A DNA stretch of 64,000 nucleotides from the NCBI GenBank assembly GCA_008363385.1, contig RHKY01000005.1:128518-192517 (forward strand). The letters run 5' to 3'. The notes below the pieces were generated by a model. That model worked only from the letters and a program-made list of their open reading frames with translations. It was not told the origin of the DNA and searched no databases. A program made the translations under genes and the position numbers. Within the stretch, counting starts at the first letter, position 1. Every line of letters starts with the position of its first letter. Positions 23,156 through 33,120 of the stretch are shown here, piece by piece. This DNA is from Acidobacteriota bacterium (lineage in GTDB: Bacteria; Acidobacteriota; Thermoanaerobaculia; UBA5066).

Positions 23156-24703
23156 TCACCGGCGCGGGCCCGGCGGGGCGCCCCAGCCCACCTCGGCGGC
23201 GACGAGGTAGCCGTCGGCGCGGGGCGAGAAGGCGAGCCCGTCCCGGACGAGGTAGACGTCCTCGTCCAGGACGAGGGGGAGCCAGTACGCCCGGTCGAGG
23301 ACGTGGCGCATCAGACGCTGGAGGACCGACCGGCGGGTCGCCACGTCGGCGACCGAGGCGCTCTCGGCGATGAGGCGGTCCACCTCCGGGTCCGAGACGC
23401 CGCCCGCGTTTGCCGAGCCGAGGTGCCGGGTGGCATCCGGGGTGTGGAGGGCCGAGTCGAAGAGGTCGCTCGCGTCCCCCGTCGAGCAGCCGAACCGGGA
23501 GAGGAAGAAGCTGGGACGCTCTCCGCGCGCCAGGGCGAAGTACTCCGCGTCGGGCAGGGCGGCGACGTTCACGCGGATCCCCAGCGGCGCGAGGAGCTCG
23601 CGCACCTGCCCGGCGGTGTCGGCCACCACCTCGCGCACGTGGAGCGTCACCTCGAACCCGGAGGCGAGGCCGGCCGCGGCCATCCGCGCGCGCGCCCCTT
23701 CCAGGTCGGCCACGGTCTCGCGAAGCGACGGGTCGAAGCCGAAGATGAACGCCGGGACGAGCTGGGTGGCCGGGAGCGGGCGGGAGGCTCCCCGGGGCAA
23801 GAGGCGCCTGCGGTCGAGCGCCAGGCTCACCGCGGTCCTCACCTCGCGCGAGCGGAACGGGTTCGGCGTCACCGAGACGTACGGCGAGGTGAGCCGCTGG
23901 ACGTCGAACCCGAGGAAGCGGACGAAGATGCTGGGGCGCCGCACGACCCCGTGCCGGGGCGCCGCGGAGAGGTCCGGGAGGTCGGCCCCCGTGACGCGGG
24001 CGAGGTCCACCCGCCCGGCCGCGAACTCGCCGACGGTCTCGCCGGGCGAGCGTGTCAGCCGGAAGAGGACCTCGCGGAACGGGGGCTTCGGCCCCCAGTA
24101 GGCCTCGTTGCGGACGAGCCTCAGGCGGGAGCCCGGGGCCCACTCGGCCACCCGGTACGGGCCGGTCCCGTCGGCGTGGGAGGCGAGAGGCCGCGTCGCG
24201 GCGTCCCGCGGGACGATCGGGATGAAGGCGAGCTTGTTCAGGAGGACGGCGCTCGGCTCGGCCGTCTTCACCTCCACGGTCCGCGCGTCGAGCGCGCGGA
24301 CGCGCGAGACGGCGCGGCCGTAGAACCCCGTCTCGAGCGACCCGTCGCGGAGGATCCGCTCGAGCGTCGCCGCGACGTCGGCCGCCTCCAGCGGGCCGCC
24401 GTCGTGGAACGTGACCCCGGGCCTCAGCTCGAAGACCCACGTGAGCGGGTCCGGGCTCGTCCAGCGCGCGGCCAGGGCCGGGCCGAGCGCCATCTCCGCG
24501 TCGCGGAAGACGAGGCTCTCGTAGACGTTGGCCAGGAGCGAGTGGTGCGAGAGGAGGTCCTTGGCGTGCGGGTCGAGCGTCGTCAGCTCGAACGGCGCGG
24601 CCACGCGGAGGACGTCGGGCGGGGGAGGAGCCGGGCGCCCCCGGCACCCCCACGCGCTCAGGAGGAGCGCCAGCGTCCCCGCGCGCCGGCCGCGGACCCG
24701 CAT
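23156..24703 (-). CDS. ABC transporter substrate-binding lipoprotein, family 5 (peptide/nickel/opine type)
   Basis: Internal ATG at 24703 gives a signal/lipobox (LLSAWGC). SBP_bac_5-like sequence throughout. The upstream part of ORF 23156..25735 is a GC artefact. Confidence 0.7.
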   Translation of the reverse strand: MRVRGRRAGTLALLLSAWGCRGRPAPPPPDVLRVAAPFELTTLDPHAKDLLSHHSLLANVYESLVFRDAEMALGPALAARWTSPDPLTWVFELRPGVTFHDGGPLEAADVAATLERILRDGSLETGFYGRAVSRVRALDARTVEVKTAEPSAVLLNKLAFIPIVPRDAATRPLASHADGTGPYRVAEWAPGSRLRLVRNEAYWGPKPPFREVLFRLTRSPGETVGEFAAGRVDLARVTGADLPDLSAAPRHGVVRRPSIFVRFLGFDVQRLTSPYVSVTPNPFRSREVRTAVSLALDRRRLLPRGASRPLPATQLVPAFIFGFDPSLRETVADLEGARARMAAAGLASGFEVTLHVREVVADTAGQVRELLAPLGIRVNVAALPDAEYFALARGERPSFFLSRFGCSTGDASDLFDSALHTPDATRHLGSANAGGVSDPEVDRLIAESASVADVATRRSVLQRLMRHVLDRAYWLPLVLDEDVYLVRDGLAFSPRADGYLVAAEVGWGAPPGPRR

Positions 24704-24841
24704 GCCGACATCATAGGCGCCCCCTCGTCCGGCCGGCCGTTGACGCGGCGGCCCAAGACGAGATAGCGTCTCAGAAAACCATCTCGGGAGCGAACAGGTC
24801 GTCCGGCGGGCCCGGAAAACGGGCCAAGAAAGGAAACGTCC

Positions 24842-25684
24842 ATGAGACGCACGTCGATCCTCCTCGCGGTTCCCCTCCTCCTCGCGGCCCGCCCCGCCCC
24901 CGCGGCCGACGAAGGGACGCCGAGGGTGCTCTTCATCGAGCGGGAGGAGATCAAGCCGGGCAAGATGGGCGCCCACGGCAGGCTGATCGAGAGGCTGATG
25001 CGGGTCGACGAGAAGGCCCGGATCGGCACGAACGTCCTGACGCTGATGCCGGTCACGGGCGACGAGAACTCCGGCCTCTTCCTCTTCCCGTTCGCCTCCT
25101 GGGGGGCCCTGGAGGAGTGGCTCGGGAAGTGGCAGGCCGCCTCCGCGGCCCACGCCGCCGACTTCGAGGCGATCGAGAAGGAGGGCGGCGAGACCCACGC
25201 CCGGCAGAAGGCGATGATCGCCGTCCACCAGCCCGACCTCAGCTTCCGCCCGCGCGGGGCGGCCGCCGCGAAGACGCGCTACCTCTTCGTCACGTGGCTC
25301 CGCGTGGAGCCGGGACGCGTGGCGCAGTGGCGCGAGGACGTGAAGTGGACCAACGGCGTCTGGGAGAAGTCGGGGACGGGGCGCCGCTGGTCGGTCTGGT
25401 CCGTCGCGTCGGGGACCGACCTGCGGACGTTCCTGCGTCTGGAGGCGGTGACCTCGCTCGCCGAGGTGGACGGGTGGGCGGACGAGGCGAAGAAGCTCCG
25501 CGAGGGGCTCGACCCCGAGTCGCGCAAGCGCTGGGAGGAGATGGGGCGCGAGACGAAGCCGGAGGGCGCGAGCGCCCTCTACGCCTTCGACGCGGCCCAC
25601 AGCGTCGCCCCGAAGGCGTGGGTGGAGCAGGACCCCGCGTTCTGGACGCCGAAGCCCGCGGCCAGGCCCGCCGCGAAGAAGTAG
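24842..25684 (+). CDS. Secreted hypothetical protein (signal peptide, ~250-aa mature domain)
   Basis: N-terminal MRRTSILLAVPLLLAARPAPAADE signal. Balanced, non-low-complexity composition. Divergent from the SBP gene. Confidence 0.5.
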   Translation: MRRTSILLAVPLLLAARPAPAADEGTPRVLFIEREEIKPGKMGAHGRLIERLMRVDEKARIGTNVLTLMPVTGDENSGLFLFPFASWGALEEWLGKWQAASAAHAADFEAIEKEGGETHARQKAMIAVHQPDLSFRPRGAAAAKTRYLFVTWLRVEPGRVAQWREDVKWTNGVWEKSGTGRRWSVWSVASGTDLRTFLRLEAVTSLAEVDGWADEAKKLREGLDPESRKRWEEMGRETKPEGASALYAFDAAHSVAPKAWVEQDPAFWTPKPAARPAAKK

Positions 25685-25746
25685 GGCGCCGCACGCCGGC
25701 GCGGGGAGCCGGCGAGGCTCCTCGCGCCGCGGCACATGGAGGGAAG

Positions 25747-26205
25747 ATGCTCGTCGTCGTCGAGGAGGAGAAGCTCGTCGCGCGGCCGGTCGAGGTCGTC
25801 CGCGCGCAGTTCGTCGACATGGCCCACCACGCCCGGACCGGCGTCCACGCCGCGCTCGCCTTCTCGGACGTCAGGACCGAGGGCCCCGTCTGCCGGCTGA
25901 CCGCCCGGCGACGCGTCCTCGGGATGACGCAGGTCGACGAGATCGAGGTGGAGCGGTTCGCCAGCGGGGACAGCGAGCTCCGGAGCGTCGCGGGCGCCAA
26001 CGCGGGGCTCGTCATCCGCCAGCGGTTCGAGGCCGAGGGCCCCGAGGTAACGCGGGTGAGGCTGCGGGTCGAGCTCCCGGCGCGAGGCTGGAAGGCGCTC
26101 CTGGCCCCGCTCCTGAAGCTGGGCCTCCGGCAGGACACCCGGACCGCGCTGGAGGAGGACCGGCGGGACCTGGAGGAGCGCGGCTACCCGCGGCCCAGCG
26201 GCTGA
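25747..26205 (+). CDS. SRPBCC (START/Bet v1/polyketide-cyclase-like) domain protein
   Basis: 152 aa with ATG start. Composition and length typical of the SRPBCC ligand-binding fold. 3' part of ORF 25117..26205. Confidence 0.5.
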   Translation: MLVVVEEEKLVARPVEVVRAQFVDMAHHARTGVHAALAFSDVRTEGPVCRLTARRRVLGMTQVDEIEVERFASGDSELRSVAGANAGLVIRQRFEAEGPEVTRVRLRVELPARGWKALLAPLLKLGLRQDTRTALEEDRRDLEERGYPRPSG

Positions 26206-26309
26206 ACGGCCGGCCCGGCCCGGGGAACGGCACCAGAAAGGCCCTCGTCGACAGCTCGAAGGACGTCGCCGCCCTCGAGCACGGGCAGGCGCGGCTGGCG
26301 GAGCTTCCC

Positions 26310-27074
26310 GTGAGCCTTCGCCTGATCCGGGAGATGCACGGCGTCCTGATGGAGGGGGTGAGGGGCGCGACCCTGACGCCCGGCGAGCTCCGCCGGTCGC
26401 AGAACTGGATCGGGCCGCCGGGCTGCACGCTGGACGAGGCGGTGTTCGTCCCTCCGCCGGTCGACGAGATGCACGGGGCGCTCGGCGAGCTCGAGGGGTT
26501 CCTCCACGCCCCGTCCTCGCTCCCGCCGCTCGTGCGAATCGCGATGGCCCACTACCAGCTGGAGGCGATCCACCCGTTCCTGGACGGGAACGGCCGGATC
26601 GGGCGCCTCCTGATCGCGCTCCTCCTCCGGACGGAGGGGCTGCTCGAGCAGCCGCTCCTCTACGTCAGCGCCTTCTTCGACGAGAACCGGGACGAGTACT
26701 ACCGCCGGCTCCTCGCCGTCAGCCAGCGCGGGGAGTGGGAGGAGTGGGTCGTCTTCTTCCTCAGTGCGGTCGAGGAGAAAGCGCGGGACGCGAGTCAGCG
26801 AGCGTCGGCGCTTCTCGACCTCCGCCAGGACTTCCGTCGTTCCCTCGAGAGGGCCCGCGCCTCGGCCCTCCTGCTCACCCTCGTCGACGGGCTCTTCGAG
26901 TCGCCCGTGCTGACGGTGCCGCGGGCGGCTCGGCGCCTCGGCGTCACGCACCGGGCCGCGACGCTGAACGTCCGCAAGCTGGTCGACGCGGGGATCCTCG
27001 AAGCGCTGCCGGGCCGCGAGCGGAACCGGCTCTTCGTCTGTCGAAGGGCCCTCGAGACGCTGGAGAAGGGCTGA
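26310..27074 (+). CDS. Fic (filamentation induced by cAMP) domain protein, apparently lacking the N-terminal Fic_N region
   Basis: Fic motif [12 protein letters not shown] present with a C-terminal winged-HTH-like tail. Only 254 aa with a GTG start. The in-frame upstream sequence runs into the SRPBCC gene in another frame. Confidence 0.65.
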   Translation: MSLRLIREMHGVLMEGVRGATLTPGELRRSQNWIGPPGCTLDEAVFVPPPVDEMHGALGELEGFLHAPSSLPPLVRIAMAHYQLEAIHPFLDGNGRIGRLLIALLLRTEGLLEQPLLYVSAFFDENRDEYYRRLLAVSQRGEWEEWVVFFLSAVEEKARDASQRASALLDLRQDFRRSLERARASALLLTLVDGLFESPVLTVPRAARRLGVTHRAATLNVRKLVDAGILEALPGRERNRLFVCRRALETLEKG

Positions 27075-27075
27075 C

Positions 27076-28758
27076 CTACCCCGTCGTCAGCTTCCGGTAC
27101 TTGATCCGGTGCGGCATGTCCGCGGCGGCGCCGAGCCGCTTGTGCCGGTCCGCCTCGTACTCCTGGTAGTTCCCCTCGTACCAGAACGTCTTGGAGTCCC
27201 CCTCGAACGCGAGCATGTGGGTCGCGACGCGGTCGAGGAACCAGCGGTCGTGCGAGATGACGACCGCGCAGCCGGCGAAGGAGAGGAGCGCTTCCTCGAG
27301 CGCCCGGAGCGTGTCGACGTCCAGGTCGTTCGTCGGCTCGTCGAGGAGGAGGAGGTTCCCCCCCCTCTTCACGGTCCGCGCGAGGTGGAGGCGGTTCATC
27401 TCGCCCCCCGACAGGTCGCCGATCCGCTTCTGCTGGTCGGCCCCCTTGAAGTTGAACATCGAGCACCAGGCCCGGCTGGAGATCTCGCGCTTGCCGACGA
27501 GGATCCTCTCGTCGCCGCCGGAGACCTCCTCCCAGACGGTCTTCTTCGGGTCGGGGCGGTCCCGGTTCTGGTCGACGTACGACGGGACGACCGTCTCGCC
27601 CACCGTGAGGGCGCCGCCGTCGGGCGTCTCGAGCCCCATGATCATCTTGAAGAGCGTCGTCTTCCCGGCCCCGTTCGCGCCGATCACCCCGACGATCCCC
27701 CCCTTCGGCAGGTCGAACGAGAGGTCGTCGAAGAGCAGCTTGTCGCCGTAGGCCTTCCGGAGGCCCTCGGCCCTCACGACGACGTCGCCCAGCCGCGGCC
27801 CGGCCGGGATGTAGATCTCCTGGGTCTCGCCCCGGCCCTCGGGGCCCGAGTCGGCGAGGAGCTGCTCGTAGGCCTGCAGGCGCGCCTTCCCCTTGGCGTG
27901 CCGGGCGCGCGGGGCCATCCGGACCCACTCCAGCTCGCGCTCGAGCGTCTTCTGCTTGGCGCTCTCGGCCTTCTCCTCCTGGGCGAGGCGGTTCTTCTTC
28001 TGCTCGAGCCACGAGGAGTAGTTCCCCTTCCAGGGGATCCCGGCGCCGCGGTCCAGCTCCAGGATCCACTGCGCGACGTTGTCGAGGAAGTACCGGTCGT
28101 GCGTCACCGCGACGACGGTCCCCGGGTACTCGGCCAGGTGGTGCTCCAGCCAGGCGACCGACTCGGCGTCGAGGTGGTTCGTCGGCTCGTCGAGGAGGAG
28201 GAGGTCGGGACGCTCGAGGAGGACGCGGCAGAGGGCCACGCGCCGCCGTTCGCCGCCCGAGATCTTCGTCACGTCGGCGTCGGCGGGCGGGCAGCGCAGG
28301 GCGTCCATGGCGGTCTCCAGCGTCCGGTCCAGGTCCCAGCCGCCCGCGGCCTCGATGGCGTCCTGGACCTTGCCGTACTCGGCCATGACCTTGTCCATCT
28401 CGTCGTCGGGGAGGCTCTCGCCCATCTTCTCGGAGAGCTCGTCGAACCGGGCGAGGAGATTCTTCACCGGCGCCACGGCCGCCTCGACGTTCTCGAGGAC
28501 CGTCTTCGCCGGGTCCAGCCACGGGTCCTGGGCGAGGAACCCCACGCGCGTCCCCTCGGCCGGGAACGCCTCGCCGTTGAAGTCCTTGTCCAGGCCCGCC
28601 ATGATCTTCAGGAGCGACGACTTCCCCGCCCCGTTCAGCCCCAGGACGCCGATCTTGGCGCCGGGGAAGAAGGCGAGGTAGATCCCCTTCAGGATCTCGC
28701 GCTGCGGCGGGACGACCTTCCTCAGGTCGACCATCGTGTAGACGTACTGCGGAGGCAT
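27076..28758 (-). CDS. ettA: ABC-F ATPase EttA (energy-dependent translational throttle)
   Basis: [50 protein letters not shown] is near-identical in pattern to the EttA N-terminus. Two ABC domains, 560 aa. The upstream part of ORF 27076..31470 is an artefact. Confidence 0.85.
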   Translation of the reverse strand: MPPQYVYTMVDLRKVVPPQREILKGIYLAFFPGAKIGVLGLNGAGKSSLLKIMAGLDKDFNGEAFPAEGTRVGFLAQDPWLDPAKTVLENVEAAVAPVKNLLARFDELSEKMGESLPDDEMDKVMAEYGKVQDAIEAAGGWDLDRTLETAMDALRCPPADADVTKISGGERRRVALCRVLLERPDLLLLDEPTNHLDAESVAWLEHHLAEYPGTVVAVTHDRYFLDNVAQWILELDRGAGIPWKGNYSSWLEQKKNRLAQEEKAESAKQKTLERELEWVRMAPRARHAKGKARLQAYEQLLADSGPEGRGETQEIYIPAGPRLGDVVVRAEGLRKAYGDKLLFDDLSFDLPKGGIVGVIGANGAGKTTLFKMIMGLETPDGGALTVGETVVPSYVDQNRDRPDPKKTVWEEVSGGDERILVGKREISSRAWCSMFNFKGADQQKRIGDLSGGEMNRLHLARTVKRGGNLLLLDEPTNDLDVDTLRALEEALLSFAGCAVVISHDRWFLDRVATHMLAFEGDSKTFWYEGNYQEYEADRHKRLGAAADMPHRIKYRKLTTG

Positions 28759-28896
28759 GGCGGGGGCGGAGCGTACCAGGAGGGGGACGGCCGGGCGAGA
28801 GGTGCGCTCGGGGCGTGCGCTCGGGGCGGGCCGCGCACGCCCGGTTGACCGGTCGACGACACCGGCGAAAGGCGCGATCATGCGCCGGCCCGTCGG

Positions 28897-30852
28897 ATGC
28901 GCCCAGCGTCCTCGTCTTCCGGCCGTCGGCAGGTCGCCGCCCCGGCGGCGTCCTGTGCGTCCCTCGGCTCGCCCCGGCAGCGGCTCGCCCTCCTGCCTCC
29001 CCTGCTCGCCGCGCTCCTCTCTGCCGGCGCCGTCGCGGCCGCGCCCGACCTGACGCCGCGAGAGCGGGTCGCGGAGGCGGCCGCGCTCCTGAGCGTCGAC
29101 CCGTCCCGGGCCGCCGCCCTGGCCGGCGCGGCGCGCGAGGAGGCCCGGCGGCTCCGGGACCGCTCCGCCGAGGCCCAGGCCCTCTCGGTCCTGGCCACCT
29201 CCGACGTGGCGCTCGGGAAGTGGAGCGAGGCCCTGGCGCGCTCCGACGAGGGGCTCGCCCTCCTCGGTCCCGGGGACGACCCGCGCCTGGCCGTGGAGCT
29301 GCGCCTTTCGCGCGGGGCCGGCCTGGCCGACCTGGGCCGGTTCGTCGAGGCCCGCGAGGAGATCGACGAGGCGACGGCCGGGAGCCGCGCCCTCGCGGCG
29401 CCGGACCTCCTCGCCCGCGCGCTCCGCTCCCGCGCCCGCCTCCGGTCCCGGCTCGGGGACGCCGCCGAGGCGATCCGCGACGGCATCGAGGCCGACGAGG
29501 CCGCGGCCCGCTCGGGGGACGAGGCGCTCGCGGCGGAGGTCCTCGCCGACCTGGGGAGCCTCTACGACGACGTCGGCGAGGGGGAGGCGGCCCTGGCCTG
29601 CTTCGAGCGCGCCCTCCCGGTCTTCGAGAGGATCGGCGCGGGGAAGAGCCAGGCCGCCGTCGCGCACGACGTGGCGCGGATCCACCTCGGCCGCGGCAAG
29701 CTCGACGAGGCGGCCGCCTCCTACCGCCGGTCCCTCCTCCTGAGCCAGAAGGCGGGCGACGAGAGCGGGATCGCCTACGCGGAGCTCGGGCTCGCCTCGG
29801 TGGAGCGGCGGCGGGGAAGGCCCGGCGGGGAGGCCCTCGGCAGGCTCAGGAAGTGCCTGGCGACGTTCGAGCGGCTCGGCGACGTCCGGATGCGGTTCAC
29901 CGCCCTCGTGGAGATCGGCCGCCTGGAGCGCGAGCGGGGGCGCCCTCTGCCCGCCCTGCTGAGCCTCGAGCAGGCGCTCTCGGCCGCCTCGCGCCTCGGG
30001 ACCGAGGACGAGATCGCCCTGGCCCAGCGGGAGCTGGCGCTGACGTACGCCTCGGCGAAGCGATGGGAGGAGGCCTACCGGAGCTTCCTCGGGGCCGAGC
30101 GGCACCGGGACCTCGCCGCGGAGTCCGAGCGGCGCCGCCAGGCGACGGAGCTGGGCGTGCGGTTCGCGACGCAGCTGCAGCGGCGCGAGAACGAGCTCCT
30201 CGTGCGCGAGAACGAGGTCGGGAAGCTCCGGCTGGCCGAGGAGAGAGCGCGGCGCACCCTCTTCGCCCTGGCCGCCGGCGCCGGCCTCCTCCTCGCCTCC
30301 CTCCTGACGGCGGGGCTCCTCCGGGACCGGCGCCAGCGCCACCTCCTGGCCGAGCTGGCCCGGACCGACGAGCTGACGGGGCTGCCGAACCGCCGGGCCG
30401 CCCTGGAGGCCCTCGAGCGCGAGATCCACGCGGCCGACCGGTACGGAGGCCCCCTGTCGCTGGCGATCCTGGACCTCGACCGCTTCAAGGAGGTCAACGA
30501 CGGGCTCGGGCACGCGGTGGGCGACGCGGTCCTGGTCGCCTTCGCCGGCCTCTGCCGCACCGTCCTCCGGAGGGAGGACCTCGCCGCGCGCTGGGGGGGC
30601 GAGGAGTTCCTCGTCCTCCTCAGGCAGACGGCCGAGCCGGAGGCGCGGGGAGTCCTCGAGCGCCTGCGCGAGGGGACCAGGGCGATCCGGCTCCCCGGGG
30701 CCGACCCCGTGGCGGCGGTGACGGTGAGCGCCGGGCTGACGTCGCGGCGGATGGGCGAGCTCGACGCCGACGGGCTGCTGCGCCGGGCCGACGTCGCCCT
30801 CTACGCGGCCAAGGCGGGCGGCCGCGACCGGGTCGAGGCGGCGCCCGGCTGA
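28897..30852 (+). CDS. TPR-repeat, membrane-anchored diguanylate cyclase (GGDEF)
   Basis: Signal/TM, multiple TPR-like repeats, one TM helix, C-terminal GGDEF (RWGGEEF active site, [10 protein letters not shown]). Confidence 0.75.
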   Translation: MRPASSSSGRRQVAAPAASCASLGSPRQRLALLPPLLAALLSAGAVAAAPDLTPRERVAEAAALLSVDPSRAAALAGAAREEARRLRDRSAEAQALSVLATSDVALGKWSEALARSDEGLALLGPGDDPRLAVELRLSRGAGLADLGRFVEAREEIDEATAGSRALAAPDLLARALRSRARLRSRLGDAAEAIRDGIEADEAAARSGDEALAAEVLADLGSLYDDVGEGEAALACFERALPVFERIGAGKSQAAVAHDVARIHLGRGKLDEAAASYRRSLLLSQKAGDESGIAYAELGLASVERRRGRPGGEALGRLRKCLATFERLGDVRMRFTALVEIGRLERERGRPLPALLSLEQALSAASRLGTEDEIALAQRELALTYASAKRWEEAYRSFLGAERHRDLAAESERRRQATELGVRFATQLQRRENELLVRENEVGKLRLAEERARRTLFALAAGAGLLLASLLTAGLLRDRRQRHLLAELARTDELTGLPNRRAALEALEREIHAADRYGGPLSLAILDLDRFKEVNDGLGHAVGDAVLVAFAGLCRTVLRREDLAARWGGEEFLVLLRQTAEPEARGVLERLREGTRAIRLPGADPVAAVTVSAGLTSRRMGELDADGLLRRADVALYAAKAGGRDRVEAAPG

Positions 30853-30900
30853 GGGGCGGCGAGGGTCCGGCACCGGCTCCCCTACAATCCCCGCCCCGCC

Positions 30901-31629
30901 ATGAGCGATCCCGTCCCCGAACGCCCCCCCACCTTCGCCGCTGCCTGGCGCGACGTCCTCGCCGACCGCCGCCTCGCCCTGGAGGGGGCCACGAGCGTGG
31001 CCTTCCTCGCGTTCTCCCTCTGGGCCCTGTCGAACGTCGTGCCGGTCGTGGAAGCGCGCTCCGGCGCGGTCCTCGCGGACCCTGTCCTCGCCCTCTTCGA
31101 CGCGGTCGATCTGACGTGGCCCGTCTTCGTCCTGATCTACGCCGGGCTGGCGGTGGCCTTCCTCCTGCTCCTCCTCGAGCCGCGCTCCCTCTTCTTCGGC
31201 TGCCGCGCCTATGGCCTGATGGCCCTCTTCCGCCTGACGACGATGTGGGCCACGCCGCTCGACCCGCCGTCGGGGATGATCCTCCTGCGAGACCCGTTCG
31301 TGGAGTTCTTCGTCCCGTCCGGCTTCACGCCGACGCGCGACCTCTTCTTCTCCGGCCACACCGGCACGGCGGTCCTCCTCGCCCTCCTGGCGCCGCGCCG
31401 CTGGGCCCGGGCGGGGATCGCCGCGACGGTCCCCCTGATCGCCGCCGCCGTCCTCCTCCAGAAGGTCCACTACACCGTCGACGTCCTCGCCGCGCCCGCG
31501 TTCGCCTGGGCGGCGTACTCGCTCGCGAGGCGGTTCGCGCCGCCCAGCGCTCCCCGGCCCGGAGCCGGCGAGGCCTCACGCGAGGCCCCCGCGCGGAAAG
31601 CGGCCCCCGTCGGAGACGTGCGTCGGTGA
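30901..31629 (+). CDS. PAP2-superfamily membrane protein (phosphatidic acid phosphatase / sphingomyelin-synthase-like)
   Basis: Polytopic. SGHT and HYTVD motifs consistent with PAP2 catalytic signatures. Confidence 0.5.
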   Translation: MSDPVPERPPTFAAAWRDVLADRRLALEGATSVAFLAFSLWALSNVVPVVEARSGAVLADPVLALFDAVDLTWPVFVLIYAGLAVAFLLLLLEPRSLFFGCRAYGLMALFRLTTMWATPLDPPSGMILLRDPFVEFFVPSGFTPTRDLFFSGHTGTAVLLALLAPRRWARAGIAATVPLIAAAVLLQKVHYTVDVLAAPAFAWAAYSLARRFAPPSAPRPGAGEASREAPARKAAPVGDVRR

Positions 31630-31639
31630 TGATCGCGGC

Positions 31640-32536
31640 ATGAGCCGCGCCGTCCTCCTCGTCCTCGCCGCCCTCGCCCTCGCCCCCTCCGCCCGGGCGG
31701 GGGAGCGGGACCGCACCTTCTGGAAGGGGATCGTCGAGAGGGGATACGCCGTCCCCGAGGGGGAGACGGCCGGCGCGCTCGCGCTCGACCTCGTCGACCT
31801 CCTGGGCTCGCCCGACCCCGAGCTGAGGGACGCCTTCGGGTACGAGGTCCTCGCCGTCTGGGTCTACCGCGACGGGCGGCTCTCGCCGGACGAGCTGGAG
31901 GCCGTCAGGAAGAAGCTCCTCGCCGGCCTGACGGCGGGGATCGGGGAGACCGGCACCGATGCGACCCTCCGCCGCTCCTTCTCGGCTCTCGACCTCTCGG
32001 TCCTGGCGGCGCACGACCTGAAGGCGCCGTGGATGACCGACGAGGCCTTCGCCGCGACGCTCGACGCCGCCCTCTCCTACCTCGCCGCGGAGAAGGACCT
32101 CCGCGGGTTCGAGCCGGGGAAGGGGTGGGTCCACGCCACGGCCCACACGGCCGACCTCCTGAAGTTCCTCTCCCGCAGCCCCCGTCTGACCCCCGCCGGG
32201 CAGCGGCGCATCGTGAAGGGGATCGCGAACCGGCTGCGCTCGGCGGGCCTCGTCTTCACCTGGGGCGAGGACGCCCGCCTGGCGCAGGCGCTCCTCTCGG
32301 TCCTCCGGCGGAAGGACGTCGCCGCCGAGCCCTTCACCGAGTGGTTCACCGCGCTCGCCGCCGAGAGCGAGGCGCTCTGGAAGGGGCCGCTCGACCCGGC
32401 GGCCTACCCGAGGGTCCGCGCCCAGCTCAACGCGCTCGCCCACCTCGCCGCGCTCGTGGCCCGCGAGGAGCCCGGCTCCGTCCCGACCGGCCTGGCGAAG
32501 GCCCTCGCCGAGACGCTCCGGAAGACGGGCGGCTGA
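31640..32536 (+). CDS. Secreted DUF2785-like protein
   Basis: Signal peptide (ALALAPSARA). Helical repeat protein with a GWVHATAHTADLL motif reminiscent of DUF2785. Confidence 0.4.
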   Translation: MSRAVLLVLAALALAPSARAGERDRTFWKGIVERGYAVPEGETAGALALDLVDLLGSPDPELRDAFGYEVLAVWVYRDGRLSPDELEAVRKKLLAGLTAGIGETGTDATLRRSFSALDLSVLAAHDLKAPWMTDEAFAATLDAALSYLAAEKDLRGFEPGKGWVHATAHTADLLKFLSRSPRLTPAGQRRIVKGIANRLRSAGLVFTWGEDARLAQALLSVLRRKDVAAEPFTEWFTALAAESEALWKGPLDPAAYPRVRAQLNALAHLAALVAREEPGSVPTGLAKALAETLRKTGG

Positions 32537-32539
32537 GGA

Positions 32540-32995
32540 CTAGGAACGGCCGCCCCCCTCGAGCACCGCGTAGTCCTCCGTCCTCCTCAGGCCCGCCAGG
32601 ACCCTCGCGACGGGCTCCGGCGGCGGGAGGAGGCGGCGGGCGTCGAGGTTCAGCCAGCCCCCCGTGCTCGTGACGCGGGCCACGGGCCGGCCGGACTCGT
32701 CGGCGAACGCGTTCCTCAGGCGGAAGCGGGCCCCGTCCTGGCTCAGGCCGGCCAGGGCGAGCGTCACCGTGAAGGGCTCCAAGAGGCGCAGCTCGCGGAG
32801 GTACTCCACCTCGTCCTTGAAGACGACGGGGCCGACGCGCAGGCGCTCGAACTCCCGCATCGGGAACCCCCCGTCCGCGAAGCAGAGCATCCTCACGTCG
32901 CTCGAGACGTCGAGGTAGGCGGTGTTCCGCATGTGCCCGTTGAAGTCGACGTCCCCCCAGCGGACCAGGAACCTTCGCGTGTAGGGCTCGATCAT
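32540..32995 (-). CDS. Acyl-CoA thioesterase, hot-dog fold (YbgC/4HBT family)
   Basis: MIEPYTRRFLVRWGDVDFNGHMRNTAYLD is typical of the 4HBT N-terminus. Internal ATG chosen; the ORF extends to 33070. Confidence 0.65.
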   Translation of the reverse strand: MIEPYTRRFLVRWGDVDFNGHMRNTAYLDVSSDVRMLCFADGGFPMREFERLRVGPVVFKDEVEYLRELRLLEPFTVTLALAGLSQDGARFRLRNAFADESGRPVARVTSTGGWLNLDARRLLPPPEPVARVLAGLRRTEDYAVLEGGGRS

Positions 32996-33120
32996 GATCG
33001 AAGGGTAATCGATCCGGCGCCGGGCCGGGGAGCCGGGCCGTCCGGGGGGGCTGCCGGGCCGCGGAGCCATAATCGGCCTCCCGGGCCGCCCTGCCGGCCC
33101 CCCCGCCGAAAGGAGCCTCG

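Noticed and set aside
23033-25735. ORFs 23033..24766(+), 23064..24653(−) and the N-terminal 340 codons of ORF 23156..25735
   Set aside because: They overlap the family-5 SBP gene in other frames, or extend it upstream across the divergent intergenic region. The SBP has a clear internal ATG with lipoprotein signal.
26206-26309. Possible upstream non-canonical start extending the Fic ORF to include a Fic_N region
   Set aside because: Only 104 nt of intergenic space exist. The in-frame upstream translation (…NGTRKALVDSSKDVAALEHGQARLAELP) contains no clear (S/T)xxxE(G/N) motif and then runs into the SRPBCC gene in another frame.
27076-31643. ORF 27076..31470(−, 1464 aa), 27109..28848(+), 28815..31643(+)
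   Set aside because: Only the 3' 560 codons of the minus ORF form EttA. The remainder is antisense to the TPR-GGDEF and PAP2 genes and is low-complexity.
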